Of a DNA stretch of 64,000 bases, positions 18,956-28,430 are shown in pieces (within the stretch, counting starts at the first letter, position 1; every line of letters starts with the position of its first letter). The notes under the pieces are model-generated. The model saw only the letters and a program-made list of their open reading frames with translations, was not told the origin of the DNA and searched no databases. Origin of the DNA: an uncultured Gammaproteobacteria bacterium (GTDB lineage Bacteria; Pseudomonadota; Gammaproteobacteria; JBBQDK01); assembly GCA_963778665.1 (NCBI GenBank), contig CAVZVG010000003.1, positions 128,813-192,812 of the forward strand, given 5' to 3'. The position numbers and the translations under genes were made by a program.

Positions 18956-19492
18956 TCATTTCACGGGCACCATGATGTGCGCATAGGGCGTGCCCTTGTA
19001 CATGACCCACGGCCCGCCGCTCTTGGGATCGCTGGGCAGGTCGTCGAGCTGTTTCGGATCGGGCACGACGATCATGATGTGTGCGGGTGAATTCAACCAT
19101 TTCTCGCCGGGCTTGGGCGTCTTGGCGAAGGGATCGTCGTTGCTCGCATCCGATCCGCCCATCAGCATGTAGGCGACGCCCACTTTGTCGACAGCGGGTT
19201 TCTGCTTGTTCATCCATCCCTGCGCCCAGGCGGCCCACTGGCCATCCAGACACATCGGATCGTTGCCCGGCGTGCCCGCCATATCGGGATAGCAGACCCA
19301 GCCGTTGTTGCCTGCGCGCAAGGTATGATCGTTCCAGTCCTTGACGGTGGCGTGGGCGGCGATCCTGGCGGGTGCGGCGGAGAGGGCGTTCTTGATGATG
19401 GCTTTGGCGCCCGTTGTGGGCGGCGCGGCCGTGACTGTGAGTGGCAATGTAAACAGCGCTGCGGTCAGAAGTGATTCCACCATGCGGTTCAT
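18956..19492 (-). CDS. secreted hypothetical protein
   Basis: 178 aa. Cleavable signal peptide (LLTAALFTLPLTVTAAP). Trp/Cys-containing mature domain. No family recognised. Confidence 0.5.
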   Translation of the reverse strand: MNRMVESLLTAALFTLPLTVTAAPPTTGAKAIIKNALSAAPARIAAHATVKDWNDHTLRAGNNGWVCYPDMAGTPGNDPMCLDGQWAAWAQGWMNKQKPAVDKVGVAYMLMGGSDASNDDPFAKTPKPGEKWLNSPAHIMIVVPDPKQLDDLPSDPKSGGPWVMYKGTPYAHIMVPVK

Positions 19493-19778
19493 TTGACACC
19501 TCCTTATTTATAGTCAGGGTCCAACCGGGCAGTTATACGACTTTGTCCGTGCCGCGCCAATAGCCGTCTGTCGGCTGTCGTCACGGCCGCCGCCGGGCCG
19601 TTACAGGCGTGTCATTTTCCCGATGTCAATCCAGCCCGCCGCCATGACATAATTGTCAGGCAGGAGCGGTAATCGTGACTGAACTCCTGTGCGACGGCAT
19701 GGTCACAGATTTCGCCGGTTGCCGAGTCACTATCGCAGTCGCTGGTCAGTCCGGATCATCAAGTCGAGGAATCGTTCC

Positions 19779-20240
19779 ATGAAACATCGCATCGCAATGC
19801 TGTTCGTTCTGTCAGCCGTCGTCGCATTGAGCGGCTGCGCCTCCAATCTGTCCGGCGATTCCTATTCCCGCGAAGAGGCGCGTGTGCCGCAGCAGGTCCA
19901 GTATGCGACCGTCGAACAGGTGCGGCCCGTGAAGATCGAAGGCACCAAGACGCCGATCGGCGCGGGTGCCGGCGCGATCATCGGCGGGGTCGCCGGCAGC
20001 ACGGCCGGTGGTGGTCGGGGCAGCGCGGTCGCCGCCGCGGTGGGCACCGTGGCAGGCGGCCTGCTGGGTGCGGCCGCCGAAGAAGGCATCACCCGTGAAC
20101 AGGGCGTGGAAGTGACGGTGCGCTACGACAACGGTCAGACCGTCGCCATCGTCCAGGCCGCCTCCAAGAACGAAACCTTCAAGGTCGGCGACAGAGTGCG
20201 CGTGCTCAGCGTCGACGGCAACACCCGCGTCAGCCACTGA
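19779..20240 (+). CDS. outer-membrane lipoprotein with glycine-zipper 2TM domain (SlyB/Pcp-like)
   Basis: Lipobox LSGC. GAGAGAIIGGVAGSTAGGG glycine zipper. GAGGA Shine-Dalgarno before ATG 19779; the track start 19689 is an extension. Confidence 0.65.
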   Translation: MKHRIAMLFVLSAVVALSGCASNLSGDSYSREEARVPQQVQYATVEQVRPVKIEGTKTPIGAGAGAIIGGVAGSTAGGGRGSAVAAAVGTVAGGLLGAAAEEGITREQGVEVTVRYDNGQTVAIVQAASKNETFKVGDRVRVLSVDGNTRVSH

Positions 20241-20344
20241 GCGCTGCACACTGTTTTCCGCCAGTGTGGTGCTGCACGGTTCCTGGCGCTTTACCCACGC
20301 CAGCACATGCCGATGTGCATGTCGTCGAGCAGCAAGGTGATAGT

Positions 20345-20650
20345 TTCTCCCTCTACCTCCGGGTTGGGGAGAGGGTATATATAAAAGCGTCTAACAAAAT
20401 GATTGCTGAAAAGCATTAACCACGGAGGCCACGGAGAATTTTTAAGGAAACCCTGATTTATTACCTGAACCGCCAAGTACGCCAGAAGGACGCCAAAAAA
20501 ATCTGTTTTGAAATTCAAGAGGAAATATCTTGGCGTACTTGGCGGTTGACGGTTTTTTCAGACCTTCCTGAAAAGCATTCACCACGGGGAACACGGGGTT
20601 ATCAGCTGTTACCCCCGTGTCCCCCGTGGTGATGGCTTTTTGTTAGACGC
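20345..20650. repeat. nested composite of repeat families E, A and C (a family C element inserted inside a family A element)
   Basis: AGCGTCTAACAAAA at 20387 and TTTTGTTAGACGCT at 20637 bracket the composite. CACGGAG-type termini at 20420-20437 and 20582-20626. An internal 105-bp family C copy lies at 20440-20545. Confidence 0.55.
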
Positions 20651-20798
20651 TCTAAGTGTCCTGTCCGTCGGCAACCGCTTCCCGCGTTGTCCTGACTCCT
20701 GTATCCATGCGGTCGTCTCTCTGAAAGAGTAAAGAATATTCTTGTCAGGCTGCGCGGATAGCCCCCCTGTGTTTTTTCCAGACCGAGTATGCGCCCCG

Positions 20799-22253
20799 CT
20801 ATCGAGACCGGTGTTTCAGACTGTCCCAGATGTCGAGCGCCCTTGCGCGGCTCTGCGCCAGATCGACAATGGGTTCGGGATAGTCGACGCCGAATCGCAA
20901 CTGCACACTGTCCAGCACGGTGGCGGGTGCGCGCCACGGCTGGTGCAGCCACTTCACGGGCAGGTGCTCGAGTTCCGGAACCCAGCGCCTGACATAACCG
21001 CCCTCCGGATCGAAGCGTTGCCCTTGCAGCACCGGGTTGAAGATGCGGAAATAGGGTGCGGCATCGGCGCCGCAGCCGGCGACCCACTGCCAGCCCATGC
21101 TGTTGTTGGCGAGATCGGCATCGACCAGCGTGTCCCAGAACCAGCGCGCACCTTCCTGCCAGGGAATCAGCAGATTCTTGGTGAGCAGCGAGGCGACGAT
21201 CATGCGCACCCGGTTGTGCATCCAGCCCGTTGCCAGGAGTTCACGCATGCCGGCATCGACGATCGGGATGCCGGTATTGCCGTATTGCCAGCGCTGCAGG
21301 TCGGCCGCGTAGTCTGCGTGCCAGGGCATGGCAGTGAAGCGGACGTCCAGCGGTTCATTGGCGGTGTGCGGAAAGTGATAGAGCAGATGCTGAGCGAATT
21401 CACGCCAGGCCACTTGCCGAGTGAACGCCTCGGCCGCCGGCAATGCAGCGCGTGCCGTGGCGCTCGCGGCCCGGTTGTGGACATGCTGCCAGACCTGACG
21501 CGGACTGACTTCGCCGAAGTGCAGATGCGGTGACAGGCGCGACGTCCCGGGCAGGTCGGGGCGGTCACGATCCTGAGCGTAATCGGACAGTGCGTCATCG
21601 CACAGAACATCCAGCGCGACATGGGCGCCGGCTTCGCCGGGCCGCCAGTATTTGTGAAAATCCTTATCCCAGCGGATGCGCGGCAACAAGTCCAGTTGCG
21701 CCGGCGCAAGGCGCGGCAGTTTCGTTTGTGGGACGGGTGGCAGAACGGGCGGACAGCTGCCGGTCGCCGGCAAGGGACCGACCTTCTGCAGATTTTTCCA
21801 GAACGGCGTGAAGACACGGTAGGGCGTGCCATCCTGTTTCAAGAGTTGCGACGGTTCGCGGAGCAGATTGCCCGTATGGATGTGGACCTGCAGACCGAGG
21901 TCGCGCAAGCCCTGTTCGAGTATCCGATCCTGTTCGATGAGTGGTGGTTCGTAACAACGGTTCCAGTGCACGCTCGCGGCACCGAATGCGCGCGCGACCT
22001 GCGCGAGCAGCGCCAAAGGCTCGCCGCGGAAGATCAGCAGATCGCTGCCGTGCCGACGCAGATCGGCATGCAGCGCCGTCAGGCTGTGGTGCAACCACCA
22101 GGCGCTCGCGGCACCCAAGGGCCAGTCGCTGCGCGGCTCGTCATGTATATAGACCGGCACCGGCGTATGTCCCGCTTCGAGCGCCGATTGCAGGGCGGGA
22201 TTGTCGTGCAGTCGCAGATCACGGCGCAACCGGATCAGGGCAATCGTTTTCAT
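20799..22253 (-). CDS. phrB: deoxyribodipyrimidine photolyase
   Basis: 485 aa. N-terminal photolyase domain (LRLHDNPAL) and FAD-binding domain (WREF, GWMHNRVRMIVASLL, NSMGWQWVAGCGADAAPYFRIFNP). Start at the ATG giving MKTIALI. Confidence 0.85.
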   Translation of the reverse strand: MKTIALIRLRRDLRLHDNPALQSALEAGHTPVPVYIHDEPRSDWPLGAASAWWLHHSLTALHADLRRHGSDLLIFRGEPLALLAQVARAFGAASVHWNRCYEPPLIEQDRILEQGLRDLGLQVHIHTGNLLREPSQLLKQDGTPYRVFTPFWKNLQKVGPLPATGSCPPVLPPVPQTKLPRLAPAQLDLLPRIRWDKDFHKYWRPGEAGAHVALDVLCDDALSDYAQDRDRPDLPGTSRLSPHLHFGEVSPRQVWQHVHNRAASATARAALPAAEAFTRQVAWREFAQHLLYHFPHTANEPLDVRFTAMPWHADYAADLQRWQYGNTGIPIVDAGMRELLATGWMHNRVRMIVASLLTKNLLIPWQEGARWFWDTLVDADLANNSMGWQWVAGCGADAAPYFRIFNPVLQGQRFDPEGGYVRRWVPELEHLPVKWLHQPWRAPATVLDSVQLRFGVDYPEPIVDLAQSRARALDIWDSLKHRSR

Positions 22254-22441
22254 GGCGGAGTGTCTTGTGCGGAAATCGTGCGACGCGGCAAGCGGCAAGA
22301 GTACCTCGGCCGGCGTGCCGGTGAAACCCGGATTCACTGCCATCATTCACGATACGTGTCGGTCTTGTGGTCTTGCCGACGATGGCTGATACTTTGCGCG
22401 ACTTTTCCATCCCGATTTCAGTCATTGCAGGAGACAGTATC

Positions 22442-22537
22442 ATGAGTAAAGGTATGGACAGTAAGAAGCAGACCAAAAAAGAACCGGCCAAGACTTTGAA
22501 GGAGAAGCGGGCAGCCAAGAAGGAAAAGAAGAAATAG
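22442..22537 (+). CDS. candidate small Lys-rich protein (31 aa)
   Basis: AGGAGA Shine-Dalgarno 8 nt upstream of ATG. Product MSKGMDSKKQTKKEPAKTLKEKRAAKKEKKK. Not in the ORF track because it is under 60 aa. Confidence 0.35.
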   Translation: MSKGMDSKKQTKKEPAKTLKEKRAAKKEKKK

Positions 22538-22957
22538 CCGGCCCGGTCCGATGGCGGCGCCTGTTCGGTTGCCGCCATCGGGTCTGTTTCCGGTCGCGGT
22601 TCTTCCGGCTGCCGCATTCGGGGTGTTCGCGGCATCGGTACGTTCGAGACGGTTTGTTCCAATCAGTTTCACTTGCACCGGACGCCGCGCGCGTCCGTCG
22701 CTCCGATACCGGCATCCATCCCGACACTATTCCGGCGACAGCGTATACATGTTGCTTGAACAAGAGTCTTCCCGTTACTCAAAAATAGCATCAGCGGCCA
22801 TTCCGGCTGCCTGTGGGTCAATCGCAAGGTCTTTGCCCGTCAGGGGTAGTATTTTCCCCGAAGCTTGCTAACATCCTGCAACCGGGCAGCAGGTCGCCCG
22901 GTAGGAGAGTGCAACCTGTATACCTTGAGAGATGACCACCGGATAAGTCTTGCCGGC

Positions 22958-25900
22958 ATGCTGATCATGGTTGTACTCACGTTCGCCGCCGGTGTTGCGG
23001 TGTTTACCGTGATGCAGCGCCAAGCCGAAACTGTCCTGGCCAAGAGCCTGGCGCTCGCGTTGCAGGTCCGTGTCGAGCGGCTCGACGATACCCTCGAACA
23101 CGGCATTGCCAGCGCCGCGGCTATCACGACCCATCCCCATTTCGTACGCGCACTGCAGGGTTTCGAGGATGTGACCCTGTCTCCGGATCGGCAGGCCGAA
23201 CTCCTGCGCACCGCACAGTCGCTTGTGCCGGAAAGGTTCTCCGCCATCGCCTTGTACGACCGTAACGGCGACAACATGCTGCGGCTCGGACAATTCAGCA
23301 CCCATCCCGAACTGAGCGTCCCGCTTGTCACATCGGTTCCATCGATCACCGCCGTCCTGCTCCGCGACGCAGGCATGTGGCTGCGGGTCGATGTCGATAT
23401 CGTCGCGGGTGGAAAGCGTATCGGCCGTTTGCAGACCCAAACCCGCCTGCCGCAGATCGATGCCATGTTCGAAGAGGTCGGCAGCCTTGGCAAGAGCGGA
23501 GAGCTTGCCCTCTGCGCGCCGCTGCAGCAGGACATGAACTGTTTTCATACCCGCCTCTCCCGGCATGTCATCGGCAGGATTCCCCGTCACCAGCGATCCG
23601 GCGAGGCCTTGCCGATGAGTTATGCCTTGGCCGGTCGTCAGGGCGAGATCGTCGCGCATGATTACCGCCGACGGGAAGTCGTTGCGGCGTACAGCCCGGT
23701 AGCCAAGTTGGGACTGGGCATGGTGCTGAAGGTCGACAGCGCGGAGCTGTTCCAGCCCATACAGGGCCAACTCAAATATATCGTACCGCTGTTGCTGGGT
23801 CTGTTGGCCTGCGGCGCCGTGTTGCTGCGTTGGCAGGTCATGCCGCTGGTGCGGCGACTGGTACGCTCGGAAGGCGAGGCGCGGGAGAGCAATGCGCTGC
23901 TGTCGGCGAGTGAAGCCAATCTGAGTGTGTTGATGACGCTCTCGCCGGTGGGCATCTTCCGTGCCGACCCGGACGTGAACGCTGTTTATGTGAACGAACG
24001 TCTCTGCGAGATCACCGGCCTGTCGGCCGAACAGCTGCATGACCAAGGCTGGGTGCAGGCCTTGCATCCCAAGGACAGCGAGCGCGTGACGTCCGCGTGG
24101 TATGACACGACACATCACGGGCAGCCATTCCATCTGGAACACCGTTTTCTCCGGCCGGATGGCAGCGTCGCCTGGGCGCTCACGGAGGCGACCACACAAA
24201 CCGATGCGAATGGCACAGTCGTGGGTTACATCGGTACCGTCACCGACATCACCTCACGCAAGCACGTCGAAGAGGCGTTACGCAGCAGCGAGGCCCGTTA
24301 CCGGAATATCGTCGAGTTGTCGCAGGAAGGCATCTGGCAGATCGATGCGGACAGTCGCACCGTCTTCGTCAACGCCAGGATGGCCGAGATACTCGGCTAC
24401 ACTGTGGCGGAGATGCAGGGTCGATCGCTTTTCGATTTCATGGACGAGGACGGAAAACTGATTGCGGCGCGCAATGTCGAGCGGCGCCGTCAGGGCATAC
24501 AAGAAGAGCATGATTTCAAGTTTATCCGCAAGGACGGCAACGCAGTCTGGACGCTGCTGAGTACCAATCCCGTGCTCGATCCGCAGGGCGGTTACGCGGG
24601 CGCTTTCGCGATGGTCTCGGACATCACGGCGCGACGGCAAGCGGAATCGGCGCTCAGGGACAGCGAAGAACGTTACCGCTCGGTAATTACTGCCATGGTG
24701 GATGGCGTTATTATCCTGCGGCCGGATCTCAGCATTATCGCCTGCAATCCCAGCGCCGAACATATCCTGGGTCTTACCGCGGAACAAATGATGGGCCGCA
24801 CCACGAACGACCCAACTTGGCAGACGATCCATGAAGATGGTTCACCGTTTCCGGGCGAGACACATCCGGTCGCGGTCACGCTGCGCACCGGTAAGCCGCA
24901 GTCGAATGTGATCATGGGTGTGCGTCGTCCTGACGGCACGGACGTGTGGGTCTCGATCAACTCGCAGCCGCTTATCCGGGCCGCTGAAACTCAACCCTAC
25001 GCCGTGGCGGCGACGTTCGTCGATATTACCGAGCGCAAACGGGCCGAACGCGCGCTGATTCACAGCGAGAGCAACTTCCGCGCCCTGACCGAAAATGCCA
25101 ATGTCGGTATTCTGGTGCATTACCAGGGCAAGCATGTGTTCGCCAATCCGCGGTTGCTGGGCATGCTGGGTTATACCCTGGACGAATTCTGCCGCACGAC
25201 CATGCAGGACATCGTCCATCCGGACGAGTACCCCAAGGTCTCGGCGCGTTATCTTGCGCGGATGGCGGGCGAAGACGTGCCGTCTGTCTACGAGACGGTA
25301 TTGCAAGCCAGGGATGGCACGCCGATCCCGGTGGAACTGACTTCAACCACGACCACCTGGGAAGGATTGCCGGGCGGGCTGGTGCTGCTGCAGGACATCA
25401 GCGAACGCCGGCGTGCCGAGGAGCAGATGCGCAAGCTCTCCAGCGCCGTCGAGGAAATCGCCGACACCGTGATCATCACCAGCCCGGACGGCGTGATCGA
25501 ATATGTCAATCCGGCCTTCGTGCGCACCACCGGTTACACGCGCGAGGAGAGTGTGGGACAGACGCCGCAGCTGCTGAAATCGGGCAAGCAGGGCCAGGTC
25601 TTCTATCAGAAACTGTGGCAGACCATTCTGGCCGGCGACACATTCAGTGACGTCTTCATCAACCGGCGCAAGGACGGCGAGCTGTACTACGAAGAGAAGA
25701 CCATTACACCCCTCAAGGATGCCAATGGCCGGCTCACCCACTTCGTGGCCACGGGCAAGGACGTTACCGAGCGCATGCAGATCCAGGAGCGTCTCCAGTA
25801 TATCGCGCAGCACGACGCACTCACCGATCTGCCGAATCGCGTGCTGTTGTTCGACATCCTCAAGCGGGCGCTGGCGCGCGCCCGCCGGCACGATCGGCTG

Positions 25901-27103
25901 GTCGCAGTGCTGTTCATCGACCTGGACCGCTTCAAGAATATCAATGACAGTCTCGGCCACGAGGTCGGTGACTTGCTCTTGCAGCAGCTGTCGGAGCGTT
26001 TCACGCGCGCCGTGCGCGGCAGCGATGACATGGTGGCGCGTTTCGGCGGCGACGAGTTCGTGATTCTGCTGGACGATGTCACCGAGAACGATATCCGCGA
26101 GATCGCGCAGAAGGTCCTCAATGCCTTGTCGCCGCCGTTCAAGGTCGATCATCAGGAGTTGTTTATCACCGCCAGCATCGGTGTGAGTCTGTTCCCGAAC
26201 GATGGCGAGGATTCCAGTACACTGCTCAAGCATGCCGACGTCGCGATGTATCGTGCCAAGGATCTCGGCAAGAACACCTATCAGTTCTATTCCTCCGATA
26301 TGAGCGCACGAGCCTTCGAAAGGCTGACGCTGGAGTCGAGCCTGCGGCATGCATTGGATCGCGGCGAGTTCCTGCTTCACTATCAGCCGCAACTGGCAAT
26401 CTCCGACGGCTCGATCATCGGCGTCGAGGCGCTGCTGCGCTGGCAACATCCGGATTTCGGCATGGTCATGCCGGCGGATTTCATGTCGCTGCTGGAAGAG
26501 ACCGGTCTCATCGTGCCGGTCGGCGAGTGGGTACTGAAAGCGGCCTGCACGCAACTGCGCGCCTGGCATGATGCCGGATGGACGGGCTTGCGCATGGCGG
26601 TGAATCTTTCAGCGCGTCAGTTCCATTCGGCGGAGTTGGCGACCAGCGTGCAACGTAGCCTCGCGTTGCTCGATGGCGGTGCCGAACGTCTCGAGCTTGA
26701 AATCACCGAAAGCGTGCTGATGCATAACGCCGCGGCGACCGAAGAGACTCTCAAGCAGCTTGCCGCAATGGGCTGCCGGTTCGCGATCGACGATTTCGGC
26801 ACGGGCTATTCGTCGCTGTCCTATCTCAAGCGTTTTCCGATCAACGTATTGAAAATCGACCGGACCTTCGTGCGCGACATTCCCGGCGACACCGACGACG
26901 CGGCGATCGTCAGCACCATCGTCGCCATGGCCCATAATCTCAGGCTGGACGTGATCGCGGAAGGTGTGGAGACCATGGATCAGCTTGACTTCCTGAGCGC
27001 CTGCGGCTGTGATGTCATGCAGGGCTATCTGTTCAGCAGGCCCGTGCCTGCCGATGAAATCAAGGCCCTGCTGGAAGCGTCGACAAAGTACGCGCCCCGC
27101 TGA
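22958..27103 (+). CDS. sensor diguanylate cyclase/phosphodiesterase (periplasmic sensor, multiple PAS, GGDEF, EAL)
   Basis: Two TM segments flank a ~250-aa periplasmic domain. At least 4 PAS/PAC repeats. GGDEF (RFGGDEFVILL). EAL (EALLRW...DDFGTGYSSLSYL). Confidence 0.85.
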   Translation: MLIMVVLTFAAGVAVFTVMQRQAETVLAKSLALALQVRVERLDDTLEHGIASAAAITTHPHFVRALQGFEDVTLSPDRQAELLRTAQSLVPERFSAIALYDRNGDNMLRLGQFSTHPELSVPLVTSVPSITAVLLRDAGMWLRVDVDIVAGGKRIGRLQTQTRLPQIDAMFEEVGSLGKSGELALCAPLQQDMNCFHTRLSRHVIGRIPRHQRSGEALPMSYALAGRQGEIVAHDYRRREVVAAYSPVAKLGLGMVLKVDSAELFQPIQGQLKYIVPLLLGLLACGAVLLRWQVMPLVRRLVRSEGEARESNALLSASEANLSVLMTLSPVGIFRADPDVNAVYVNERLCEITGLSAEQLHDQGWVQALHPKDSERVTSAWYDTTHHGQPFHLEHRFLRPDGSVAWALTEATTQTDANGTVVGYIGTVTDITSRKHVEEALRSSEARYRNIVELSQEGIWQIDADSRTVFVNARMAEILGYTVAEMQGRSLFDFMDEDGKLIAARNVERRRQGIQEEHDFKFIRKDGNAVWTLLSTNPVLDPQGGYAGAFAMVSDITARRQAESALRDSEERYRSVITAMVDGVIILRPDLSIIACNPSAEHILGLTAEQMMGRTTNDPTWQTIHEDGSPFPGETHPVAVTLRTGKPQSNVIMGVRRPDGTDVWVSINSQPLIRAAETQPYAVAATFVDITERKRAERALIHSESNFRALTENANVGILVHYQGKHVFANPRLLGMLGYTLDEFCRTTMQDIVHPDEYPKVSARYLARMAGEDVPSVYETVLQARDGTPIPVELTSTTTTWEGLPGGLVLLQDISERRRAEEQMRKLSSAVEEIADTVIITSPDGVIEYVNPAFVRTTGYTREESVGQTPQLLKSGKQGQVFYQKLWQTILAGDTFSDVFINRRKDGELYYEEKTITPLKDANGRLTHFVATGKDVTERMQIQERLQYIAQHDALTDLPNRVLLFDILKRALARARRHDRLVAVLFIDLDRFKNINDSLGHEVGDLLLQQLSERFTRAVRGSDDMVARFGGDEFVILLDDVTENDIREIAQKVLNALSPPFKVDHQELFITASIGVSLFPNDGEDSSTLLKHADVAMYRAKDLGKNTYQFYSSDMSARAFERLTLESSLRHALDRGEFLLHYQPQLAISDGSIIGVEALLRWQHPDFGMVMPADFMSLLEETGLIVPVGEWVLKAACTQLRAWHDAGWTGLRMAVNLSARQFHSAELATSVQRSLALLDGGAERLELEITESVLMHNAAATEETLKQLAAMGCRFAIDDFGTGYSSLSYLKRFPINVLKIDRTFVRDIPGDTDDAAIVSTIVAMAHNLRLDVIAEGVETMDQLDFLSACGCDVMQGYLFSRPVPADEIKALLEASTKYAPR

Positions 27104-27290
27104 AGCAGCCGGTCTCTGGACTGCTGCGTGTGGTAATGCACGATGGTAAGTCGGTGACGCGAGTTACAGTGCGCGGCCGTGGTTGGCATGCTGATGAAGG
27201 GATTTGTCCGGTATTGCACTATCGTCCGCAGGACAATTCGTACATACTTTGATGCAACATATCACCTGCCTGAATTTCCGACAGTAAAGA

Positions 27291-28430
27291 ATGCAGAAGA
27301 ATCTCATCGTGCGCACCGAAACCCGTATAAATGTAACTCCCCACGCCCGGCCCGCACGCGGCATGCTGCTGCTCGTGATCATGGGTATGGTGTTTGCCGC
27401 CGGCTGCGGCAAATCGGGCTCGGAAAAACACGAACCCGTGCGACTGGTACGCACGGTCAAGGTCGCCGCCGCGCCGGTCTCGCGGCAATTGAGTTTCCCC
27501 GGGCAGGTCGAGTCGCGCTATGCGACGGCGCTGAGCTTCCGCGTGGGCGGAAAAGTGATCGGCCGTTCCGTGGACGTGGGGTCGCGCGTGCACACCGGGC
27601 AGGTACTGGCGCGACTCGATGCGACGGACCTGCTGTTGGCCGTGAAGGCCGCGCAGGCCGATCTCAACGGCGCCGAGGCGGATCGCAAACTCGCGCAGCT
27701 GAATTTCAAACGCTTCAGCGATCTGCGCAAGAAAGGACTGGTCAGTCAATCCGACTACGATCGCCTGCAAACGCAGCTCAAGGCCGCCGAGGAGCGGGTC
27801 ATCGCCGCGCGGTCGCGCGTCACGCAGGCGCAGAACCAGGCGCACTACGCCACGCTGCATGCCGATGCGGATGCCGTCATCTCGGCCGTCGATGTGGAAG
27901 TCGGGCAGGTGGTCGCCGCGGGACAGCCGGTATTGCAGTTGGACCGCAACGGCGATCGCGAAGTGTCGATCAGCGTGCCGGAGCAGCAACTCGCGGCAGT
28001 GCGCGGCGCACAGGCCATCCATATCAAACTCTGGTCGCACCCCGATCACATTTATACCGGCAAGCTGCGCGAGATCGCGCCGAGCGCCGATCCGGTGACC
28101 CGCACCTATGCGGTGAAGATCGCGGTGACCGACGCGGATGCCGACCTGCAACTGGGCATGACCGCGGCGGCGCTCATCGATCTGCCTGTGGAAAACGATC
28201 GGATCAGCTTGCCCTTGTCGGTGCTGTATACCAAGAATGCGCAGCCCAATGTCTGGGTCGTCGATCCCGCCACGCTTGCCGTGAAACTGGTGCCGGTGAC
28301 GACCGCCGGTCTGTCGGGCGATCAGGTCATGATCAGCTCGGGTCTGCATGCCGGTGACATCGTCGTCAGCGCGGGCGCCAATCTGCTGGTGCCGGGGCAG
28401 GTGGTGAAGCTGGCGGAAACCGAGCCGTGA
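27291..28430 (+). CDS. RND efflux periplasmic adaptor (MFP, AcrA/HlyD family)
   Basis: Lipobox AAGCG. Coiled-coil hairpin. ATGA-type overlap with the downstream RND pump. Confidence 0.85.
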   Translation: MQKNLIVRTETRINVTPHARPARGMLLLVIMGMVFAAGCGKSGSEKHEPVRLVRTVKVAAAPVSRQLSFPGQVESRYATALSFRVGGKVIGRSVDVGSRVHTGQVLARLDATDLLLAVKAAQADLNGAEADRKLAQLNFKRFSDLRKKGLVSQSDYDRLQTQLKAAEERVIAARSRVTQAQNQAHYATLHADADAVISAVDVEVGQVVAAGQPVLQLDRNGDREVSISVPEQQLAAVRGAQAIHIKLWSHPDHIYTGKLREIAPSADPVTRTYAVKIAVTDADADLQLGMTAAALIDLPVENDRISLPLSVLYTKNAQPNVWVVDPATLAVKLVPVTTAGLSGDQVMISSGLHAGDIVVSAGANLLVPGQVVKLAETEP

